DNA of 64,000 nt. Source: Chloroflexota bacterium. Its GTDB lineage: Bacteria; Chloroflexota; Dehalococcoidia; Lucifugimonadales; JADFKI01. Location: positions 20,062-84,061 of the forward strand of contig JAQBUT010000015.1 in assembly GCA_027623195.1 (NCBI GenBank). Direction: 5' to 3'. A program made the translations under genes and the position numbers. Below are positions 30,552-38,321 of the stretch, one piece after another (the first letter of the stretch is position 1; each line of letters opens with the position of its first letter). A model generated the notes under the pieces. That model was not told where the DNA came from and ran no database searches. It worked only from the letters and a program-made list of their open reading frames with translations.

Positions 30552-30590
30552 AAAAAACAGCCAGTACGGCATTGCCGCACTGGCTGTTTT
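30552..30590. terminator. Bidirectional intrinsic terminator
   Basis: AAAAAACAGCCAGT...ACTGGCTGTTTT between the convergent SDR and LLM genes. Confidence 0.8.
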
Positions 30591-30647
30591 GCTAGTTCCT
30601 AAGTTTTAGGTCACTCCACGCTGGGACGGCTACTTTGTGATTCCCCG

Positions 30648-31895
30648 TTAAGCAGGAACCTCTGCTGTCTCGAACGGCTTGTTGGTGGCCGGGTCTACCT
30701 CAAAGGGGCTGTTGAGGCCTAACTCCTTGCCCATGTCACGCATCGCAGGCAAAACGTACTTGCCCATTAGGCGCAGGCTACGCATCTGGTCGTCGTGCGT
30801 CATGGCGCCGTCGCCGTCCCAGATGATGACGCTGCCCGGACGCAGGGTCTCCAGCACGTGGCGGATCTTGGGAATCACCGTGTCCGGCGTGCCGGCTATG
30901 ATCGTGTACTTCTCCTGCTGCTCCTCGAAGGGTCGCGCGCTGATCATGCCTCCCCTGTTGGCTGTGGCCGCCGCCATCGTGGGCAGCACGCGTTTGCGGG
31001 AGGTCAGCCCAGGCAGACGCACCAGCGCCTGGTTCGTGGTGCCCTCGTTGCCGGCAAGGAAGGGGTTGCTTGGCCCCTGCACGAACTTCTTCGCCGTCTC
31101 CAGGGCCAACTCTTCGGTCTCGTCCACATGGACTTTCCACAGGTAGCCAAGGTTCTGCGGGCCGGACTCGTAGCCCTCCTCCTTAGCCGTGTCGTGGTAA
31201 AGCTGGAAAGCCTCTTGGGTGGGCCCCATCTCGGTGGCCAGCATGATGTACGGTATGCGGTTCTTCGCGGCCCACATAAGCGAATCGCGGCTGACGACGC
31301 CCGGCAGCCAGATTGGAGGGTGTGGCTTCTGGTAAGGCCTGGCCCACGGGTTAACGTACCGGTACTGGTAGTGCTTGCCCTCCCAGCGGAACGGCCCCGG
31401 AGTAGTCCACGCCTTTACGATGAAGTCGTGGGCTTCCTGAAAGCGTTCCCAGTTGTAGGGCGGTGGCGCGTTATGGGCTACGCTCTCACGGCCAGTGCCT
31501 CGCACCCAACCGGAAACCAGCCGTCCCTTGGAGATCATGTCGATTATGGAGAGCTGTTCTACCAGCCAGAGGGGGTCGTCCCATATAGGCAGGATGTTTC
31601 CCAGGAGTACGATCTTGGCCTTCTTCGTCATGCGGGCCAGAATCCCGGCCTCGATATTCATCGCGCCGCCCATGCAGAAGGGCGTGCTGTGGTGCTCGTT
31701 GAGCATCAGGCCGTCGAAGCCCATTTCCTCGGCGTAGAGCTTCTCATCCAGGTACCGATTATAAAGATCCGACCCTAACTGGGGGTCATAAATTTCGTTG
31801 CTCAGGTCCAGGTCCTTGATGGACTTGCCTGTGGAGCCGAAGTAGCCCGAATTGGGATCCTGGTAAGGTCTCTCGGTGAAATGCGCTATAAACAT
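30648..31895 (-). CDS. LLM-class (luciferase-like) flavin-dependent oxidoreductase
   Basis: GFDGLMLNEHH, DMISKGRL, RPYQKPHPPIW, GTPDTV. Confidence 0.92.
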   Translation of the reverse strand: MFIAHFTERPYQDPNSGYFGSTGKSIKDLDLSNEIYDPQLGSDLYNRYLDEKLYAEEMGFDGLMLNEHHSTPFCMGGAMNIEAGILARMTKKAKIVLLGNILPIWDDPLWLVEQLSIIDMISKGRLVSGWVRGTGRESVAHNAPPPYNWERFQEAHDFIVKAWTTPGPFRWEGKHYQYRYVNPWARPYQKPHPPIWLPGVVSRDSLMWAAKNRIPYIMLATEMGPTQEAFQLYHDTAKEEGYESGPQNLGYLWKVHVDETEELALETAKKFVQGPSNPFLAGNEGTTNQALVRLPGLTSRKRVLPTMAAATANRGGMISARPFEEQQEKYTIIAGTPDTVIPKIRHVLETLRPGSVIIWDGDGAMTHDDQMRSLRLMGKYVLPAMRDMGKELGLNSPFEVDPATNKPFETAEVPA

Positions 31896-31954
31896 CGGAC
31901 TACTCCTTGCTTTTAGTTACCTTCTATCTGGTTTCAAGCGGTCATCCGTCTAGT

Positions 31955-34516
31955 CTACTTCAGGGATTCCAACTGGCTCGTCTGCTGGGATATCCGGTTG
32001 TCATGGTCCTGGGCGAATCGCTTGATGCCGTTGTAGATCGACTCGGGGTCCAGGTGGGCCTCGGTGATCACGTCGCCTTCGCTTCCGCCTGTGAGCCATT
32101 GGTTGTCCCAGTCGGATGTGAGCGAATATTTTTGGGTTAACGGTCCGGGGTTCTGCACCGGCCATACGCGCTGTGTACCTGTAGTCACGATCATCATGTC
32201 GTAAAGTGAACCGGCGGGCAACACCGAGTCCTGATAGCTCTGGGGCTGCCGGGTGAATAGCTCTTCACTGATTGTGGCTATTACCTTCACGTTCACACCG
32301 TCCGCTTCCAGTCGGGACAGCACTGAGACCAGGTTCACTGTTGAGGACGACCCCTGAACCATCACGTAGCCCTGCTTGGGCTTGTTTGGGTCGAAGTCTC
32401 GCAGTACGTAGAAGCCTTTGGCCGCAGCCTTGACGTCCGTGTCGGCGAACTTGGAGCGGTCAGCCACTGGGAAGTCCGGGCGGGCCACTTCAAGGACGAT
32501 AACGCCTACCTTTGGGTCTCGGGCCGCGATCTCCGCAGCGGCGAAATACCCGGCCGCCACGTCGTTATAGTCCCAGAAGCTCAGGGTGATTACCTGGTTT
32601 CTGGGGAATAGCTTCCACACCTGCGGGGAGAATATACCGAAGTGAGTTCGAGCGTCGGCAGCGGTCTCAGGTCCGGAGTGACCGGCGAGGATGTTCAGCA
32701 CTCCTACGCGGAAGGGGCTGTCCTGGTTCTGCTGGCTCCATACACGGGCGGGCAGATACATAAGAGGCGTGAAAGCCCCGTACGTGCCGCTGATTGCCCA
32801 TACTCCACAGTGTTGATTTGGATCGAGAGAGGCTGTCTGGCCAATCAATCCGATTGCAGTGGAGGCGTTGCCTGCCTCCTGAATCGGGGCCTTAAGGCGA
32901 GAGCCAGCCGGGTTTTTGACGGGGTCGTAATGGCCCCAAATGGAGCCATGCTCTACGTTAATGGAATCGGCCAGGTCCGCTGCCACAATAAGGAAGCGAT
33001 TATCCGTAACGTAGTTCATGTACTTTACGATTTCGGATATAGCCCGTCGGGTTCCTCTTACGTTGCCTGGTTCCTCGAACAGCTTGATGCTGAGTTCTTT
33101 TTCTTCGCCGGATACGGGATTGCGGGCCGTGACCGTCTGTGCCTCCATTGGCAGGTTCTTGACCGCCAGCCTGGAGTCTTGGAACGGATCTACGTTTCTG
33201 TCAATACGTAGAGGCATGTCGTCCTTGACCTGGTCGCCGATCTCCACAAGTCGATCAGCCAGCCAGTCGCCAAGGCCGTTGCTATCCAGGGCAGACATTG
33301 CTATGTCGATGTTCTGCTTGAACTGGATAAGGCGTTCCTTGGTGTTTGAGGGCACCCCTTCACGGATGCCGCCGAACTCAACGCCAAACTGCTTCTCGAA
33401 AGTTCCTGCCAGGCCCTGGAAGTAAGGGCTATTCATGGCAAAGCCGTACGGGTGGCTGGCGTAGCTAACAACCTGGTCGCCAAAACCAGGAATTGTCCCG
33501 TTTACAGCGGCGGGCCACCAGCCTTTGACTGTTTTGCCGATGACAATCATGGGCCGGTCATCCATCGGGTCTGAGTCCTCCATGGATTTAAGAGCGGCAA
33601 TTACCTGGTCATAATCGTTGCCGTCCTCAACCATGAGTACATTCCAGCCATATGATGCCCACTGGTCTTCTATCTTGTAGGCGTCGTACTGCGACCCCAC
33701 AACACCACCAATTAACTTGTCGTCGATACCTGCGTTATTGAAAGAAAGCAGGACTCGCAGGCGTTTACCAACCTGATTGGCTACGGCCTGGGTTTTCAGT
33801 TCCTGGGCGTGGCCAGCCGTCATGGCGAACTCGCCCTCGATTCCGATGATCTTCAGGTCTTCCGGGGCTCCGATTATGTCCCAGAATGCAGCTTTTCCTG
33901 CTGCTGTGGCTATGCCGATTCCCGACGGCCCGCCGTTAACGTCATTTGTCATGTCCGTTGTCTCGGAGTGGCCGGAAAGGGCCCGTATTCCGCGATTTTT
34001 GGCCTGCGCCATTAAAGGGTCGTCGTCCAGGCCGTTGTCTTTCAGGATCGTATCCAACGGCGCTTGGCCCCGGCGGAAGCCCAGGGCATCGATTGAAAGC
34101 ATTGCCACTTTGGGATCGACCTTGTAACGCTCGTCGCCCGTTTTGGCATACTTGCGTGCCATGGCCTCGCCCATAATCATCCATAGTGCGTAGGTCACGG
34201 GCGCGTTATGCCCTCCTGCTAACAAGAATTTGTCTGCATAAGGGTGCTTGGGCCGGCGGTAGTCGAATCGCAGGCCGCCAAGCTCCGGCCCAACAAGGTG
34301 GGTTGCAACGGTGAAGTGGGTGTAAGCCAGAGGCCCGCCAAAGTGACCCGTTTGAGCATAGTTTCCCATCAGGGTGAGCGTCATGGCTGTCAAAAAGCCG
34401 ACGTCTTCCAGACGGGCCTTGTCGTAATCCGGCAGCGTAATGGACTTACCGCTTATCTGGCTCGTGAGCGCGACGCTGTTGACGGTGGTTACGGAATTTC
34501 CGTTGGTACTTGGCAT
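31955..34516 (-). CDS. Transketolase-like ThDP enzyme (long, divergent)
   Basis: TGHFGG, GGHN, SGHSE, GPSGIG, YGWNV...DGND, KTVKG, AADL, IQE, DARTH in transketolase order. Confidence 0.8.
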   Translation of the reverse strand: MPSTNGNSVTTVNSVALTSQISGKSITLPDYDKARLEDVGFLTAMTLTLMGNYAQTGHFGGPLAYTHFTVATHLVGPELGGLRFDYRRPKHPYADKFLLAGGHNAPVTYALWMIMGEAMARKYAKTGDERYKVDPKVAMLSIDALGFRRGQAPLDTILKDNGLDDDPLMAQAKNRGIRALSGHSETTDMTNDVNGGPSGIGIATAAGKAAFWDIIGAPEDLKIIGIEGEFAMTAGHAQELKTQAVANQVGKRLRVLLSFNNAGIDDKLIGGVVGSQYDAYKIEDQWASYGWNVLMVEDGNDYDQVIAALKSMEDSDPMDDRPMIVIGKTVKGWWPAAVNGTIPGFGDQVVSYASHPYGFAMNSPYFQGLAGTFEKQFGVEFGGIREGVPSNTKERLIQFKQNIDIAMSALDSNGLGDWLADRLVEIGDQVKDDMPLRIDRNVDPFQDSRLAVKNLPMEAQTVTARNPVSGEEKELSIKLFEEPGNVRGTRRAISEIVKYMNYVTDNRFLIVAADLADSINVEHGSIWGHYDPVKNPAGSRLKAPIQEAGNASTAIGLIGQTASLDPNQHCGVWAISGTYGAFTPLMYLPARVWSQQNQDSPFRVGVLNILAGHSGPETAADARTHFGIFSPQVWKLFPRNQVITLSFWDYNDVAAGYFAAAEIAARDPKVGVIVLEVARPDFPVADRSKFADTDVKAAAKGFYVLRDFDPNKPKQGYVMVQGSSSTVNLVSVLSRLEADGVNVKVIATISEELFTRQPQSYQDSVLPAGSLYDMMIVTTGTQRVWPVQNPGPLTQKYSLTSDWDNQWLTGGSEGDVITEAHLDPESIYNGIKRFAQDHDNRISQQTSQLESLK

Positions 34517-34615
34517 GTAATCGATGCTCCCTAGGTTTGTTACTTCTTAATTTAGTTCGCGAACTATTTTAACTGCTTTGGACACGCAGAGTAAGTCTTA
34601 AAGCGACAGGTACGG

Positions 34616-35419
34616 CTAATTTGCCAGGAACTTCTGGACCAGTGCTACGAATTCATCTGGCTTTTCAATTTCGGGGCGGTGGCCGCATCCCTCTATTATG
34701 GCCAGTTCCGAGCCCTGTATAGACTGATTGTAGACCTCAGCAGCACTCAAAGGGATTATGCTGTCTTCGCGTCCCCACACGAGCAAGGTAGGCAGAGTCT
34801 TAACCCTCCCTAGAAGCTGGGGTAGCCCTGCATAGTACATATAAGGCTTCCAGCTCAGTCGACATGCCTCTTCGCGGGCAACCTCCCATGTTTCCACCTG
34901 CTCGGGCGTTGGCTCTTCCGGACAGATCTGCAGGTACTCGGGAGTGGCGGCCGGGTCCAGGAAGCTTTCCTCTAGATACTCTTTGGCCACGACGAGGAAC
35001 ATATCGAAAATTTCCCCTGTTGGCGGCTTAATACCGGCTGGACCAACCAGAACCATTTTCTTGAACTGTTGCGGACACATTGTCGCCATCTCCGCGGCCA
35101 ACCATCCGCCCAGCGAATGGCCTACAACATTGATAGGCCCGATGCCCATGTCTTCCAGGGCTTGCAGGTACCACCCAGCCATGTCACGCATGTTCATTAT
35201 CCATTCGAGGGGTGTTGACTCTCCAAAGCCTGGGTGGGAGGGGATGATGAGTGAGTTGTTTTGTGAAAGGGAGTCGTGGTAGCTCATCCATCCGGGGTGG
35301 CCAAGCTCACCGTGCAGCACAAGCAAAGGTTCGCCACTTCCGCCCTTCACCACCTCAATGGTGGCCCCAGCAACTTCCATTGCCTCTCGGGTCCAGTTTT
35401 GCGAGGTGGTTGTAGTCAT
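34616..35419 (-). CDS. Alpha/beta fold hydrolase
   Basis: PGFGES, GHSLGG, WGRED, CGH. Confidence 0.9.
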   Translation of the reverse strand: MTTTTSQNWTREAMEVAGATIEVVKGGSGEPLLVLHGELGHPGWMSYHDSLSQNNSLIIPSHPGFGESTPLEWIMNMRDMAGWYLQALEDMGIGPINVVGHSLGGWLAAEMATMCPQQFKKMVLVGPAGIKPPTGEIFDMFLVVAKEYLEESFLDPAATPEYLQICPEEPTPEQVETWEVAREEACRLSWKPYMYYAGLPQLLGRVKTLPTLLVWGREDSIIPLSAAEVYNQSIQGSELAIIEGCGHRPEIEKPDEFVALVQKFLAN

Positions 35420-35805
35420 GAAAATACTCCTTAATAATGCGCCGTGTGTTCATAGCAGCTACGGCGAAAAGGGAAGGCCGTGATAAGACGAGATGATTGT
35501 CCGATTTTATGCGATTATTGTCAAATCGGTGGGCTGCAAGGCATTGGAAAGCAAATCGGGGAAGCCTGCTATTTTCTGGCGGGAAACGTGCTACAATCGC
35601 AGCCGCATAAAATCGACCCTTAACGTGGGTGGTATGGCGCTAGAGCCCTACGGGATGACTGAGTAACAGCCCGATTATCTCGCGGTGGTGTAGTCCTAGG
35701 CCATAGTATCTGCGCGACGCTCCTCATAGGGGAAGATGAATAATATCATGAATATTCATGCCGGTCTCGCTTCCGGGATAGTTCGACGAGGAAAAGCATA
35801 GAAAT

Positions 35806-38142
35806 ATGGCCAGTGCACTTCAGGACATTACAGTACTGGACTTGACGCAAGGCAAAGCCGGTGCCATGGCGTCTATGTTGCTGCGGGACAACGGCGCTCG
35901 TGTGATTCGCTTGGAACAACCGGATGCCGAAAACGACCGGTCGGCTCCGGCCTACGCCATCTGGGACCGCGCCAAAGAGAGCGTCGTTTTGGATGTCCGG
36001 CAGGACAGGGCTGCGATGCTGAAGCTGGTGGGAATGGCTGACGTGTTAATAGAGGATTTCGCTCCGTCTTCAGAGTATCAGCGATTGGTAGACTACACCG
36101 AGCTTAGAGGCCTGAATCCAAGATTAGTCCACTGCTCCATTACCGCCTACGGAATGTTGGGAGACCTCAAGGACGAACCGCCTCATGACGATCTTGTCAT
36201 GGCGCAGATGGGCATCCAGTCCAGCCAGCCGGGATTCCGGGAAGGCCCAGTACACGTTGCCCATCCAGTACCCAGCGTAGGCTGTGCGATTCTGGCAGCG
36301 CAGGGGATCGTATCGTCACTGCTCGCCCGTGAGAAGACGGGCAGGGGACGCAAGGTCGAGACCTCTCTCATGGCCGGGGCATTGATGTTCGCCCCCAAGG
36401 TCCTCGCTGAAAAACTGGAGCCCCGTCCTTTTCAGTTGACGCCAGCGGGTGGCGGGCCTTTCTACAGCGTGTTCGAATGCGCTGACGAAAGGTGGGTTCA
36501 GTTGGGATGTATTCATAGCGGTTTCGTGGACCTGGCTGCGGCTGTTATGGGCATTGCTGATGTGATGACCGACCCTCGATACGGTGACGGGCGACGTCCC
36601 GTGGATGAGGAAGCTCGCCAGGAGTTGTTCGACATTGTGGCGGGCGTTATAAAGACGAAGCCCTGCCACGAATGGGAAGAGATATTCGAGGCCGCGGATG
36701 TGCCATATGCCAGGGCGTGCCTTACCGAAGAGTCGCTTACCAATCCGCAGGTCATCGCCAACGATATGCTGGTTGAACTGGATGACCCCAGGCTTGGGCA
36801 CCTGACGGAAATGAACGTTCCCATAAAATTTACATTCACGCCGGGTGAGGTCGCAGGTGCGCGGCCCGTAATAGGGCAGCATACGGAGGCAGTTCTTTCC
36901 GAAATCCAGTCGTTGCCGGAGCCTTCGCCTTCGATATCCGAGTCGGTGGTTGAAGCGTCTCCTCTGCATGATGTAAAGGTTTTGGAAATGACCAACGTCA
37001 TCGCCGGGCCGGCTGCTGGCAAGTGTCTCGCGGACCTGGGTGCGGACATATTCAAGCTGGAGTCTCATTTCGGAGACATTTCGCGTCCGGCCGCTATGTC
37101 CTACTTTCTTCATCTGAACTCCAACAAGCGGTCTCTGGCAATTAATACCAAGACTCCCGAGGGGCAGGAGGCGGCTCAGAGGCTCGCTGCCCAATCAGAC
37201 ATCATGTTGGCCAATATGCGGCCCGGCGCTACTGATCGAATGGGACTTGGCTCGGACATTATGAAAGAGCTTAATCCCGGTCTGGTGTCGGCGCACTCAA
37301 CAGCTTTTGGCTGGACCGGCCCTTACTCTCACCGGCCGGGCGTGGACCCTCTGGCGCAAGGCTGGATGGGGCTTCAGAGGGCGCAGGGAGGGCAGGACAA
37401 CCCTCCGGTATTTCTCGCACAGCTTGCTCCAACGGATTACACGTCCGGGGGGCTGACGGCGTTGGGCGCCATTATGGCCCTGTATGTTCGGGAGCGCACG
37501 GGCATTTCTCAGAAGGTGGACTGCAATCTGATTAACGCGGGAGCGCTGCTGCGTGGAGATGACTTCATGCGGTACGAAGGCAAACAGCCATCTCCTATAG
37601 CAGATAAAGGCCAGTACGGTCTAAACGCTTTGCACCGGCTGTACGAAACCAGAGAGGGCTGGATTTACGTCATCGCCGAGAGTCAGGACGAATGGAAGCG
37701 TCTGTGTGCAGCAATCGGGCAGGATGGCCTGTTTTCCGATGGTAGATTCCAGACCGACGCAGACAGGGCTCTCAATGATGCCGAGTTGGCCTTGGAGTTG
37801 TCAGTCGCGTTCGTGCAGAAGACGTCTGTTCAGTTGCTGGAGCTGCTGAAGTCGGAAAAGGTGCTGTGTTCCGAGGTTACGGAGCGGTACAACGTAGAGT
37901 ATTTCAATGAGGAGAACTTTATAAGATTGGGTATGGTAAACGAGTACCAGCATCCGGCGTACGGGCTGATGAAATTCGCTACCAATGCCGTGCGTTTCTC
38001 CGATACTGCTCCCCTGGAGGGCAGGCGGACGCCCCTTCTTGGCGAGCACAACCGGGAGGCTCTGGCAGGGGTTGGCTATTCGGATCAGGAGATCGACGCT
38101 CTTTACGATGCCGGTGTCTTGCTGACTGAGTCGCCAGGCTAG
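35806..38142 (+). CDS. Tandem (fused) class III CoA-transferase, CaiB/BaiF family
   Basis: Two repeats: VLDLT...DNGARVIRLE...PVIGQHT and VLEMT.VIAGP...DLGADIFKLE...NSNKRS...PLLGEHN. Confidence 0.92.
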   Translation: MASALQDITVLDLTQGKAGAMASMLLRDNGARVIRLEQPDAENDRSAPAYAIWDRAKESVVLDVRQDRAAMLKLVGMADVLIEDFAPSSEYQRLVDYTELRGLNPRLVHCSITAYGMLGDLKDEPPHDDLVMAQMGIQSSQPGFREGPVHVAHPVPSVGCAILAAQGIVSSLLAREKTGRGRKVETSLMAGALMFAPKVLAEKLEPRPFQLTPAGGGPFYSVFECADERWVQLGCIHSGFVDLAAAVMGIADVMTDPRYGDGRRPVDEEARQELFDIVAGVIKTKPCHEWEEIFEAADVPYARACLTEESLTNPQVIANDMLVELDDPRLGHLTEMNVPIKFTFTPGEVAGARPVIGQHTEAVLSEIQSLPEPSPSISESVVEASPLHDVKVLEMTNVIAGPAAGKCLADLGADIFKLESHFGDISRPAAMSYFLHLNSNKRSLAINTKTPEGQEAAQRLAAQSDIMLANMRPGATDRMGLGSDIMKELNPGLVSAHSTAFGWTGPYSHRPGVDPLAQGWMGLQRAQGGQDNPPVFLAQLAPTDYTSGGLTALGAIMALYVRERTGISQKVDCNLINAGALLRGDDFMRYEGKQPSPIADKGQYGLNALHRLYETREGWIYVIAESQDEWKRLCAAIGQDGLFSDGRFQTDADRALNDAELALELSVAFVQKTSVQLLELLKSEKVLCSEVTERYNVEYFNEENFIRLGMVNEYQHPAYGLMKFATNAVRFSDTAPLEGRRTPLLGEHNREALAGVGYSDQEIDALYDAGVLLTESPG

Positions 38143-38321
38143 CCGTTTGGCCTTCCCCGCGTTTGGACCCCACCCACAAACATTCGGTATTGAATCCCCC
38201 ATTTCCGTTTACATCCCGTTCCCCATCGGCTAAATACAATTAGGTCGGCGGATAACAGTCTCGTAGCGCTAACTGGACTCGCTGGAAGATTGTCCGCACC
38301 CGAATCGAAAGAACGGAGCCC

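Noticed and set aside
30795..31778. Long antisense ORFs (for example 30795-31778, 49666-50661, 36316-37194)
   Set aside because: They lie opposite well-supported genes and are expected from GC-rich codon bias; no family motifs
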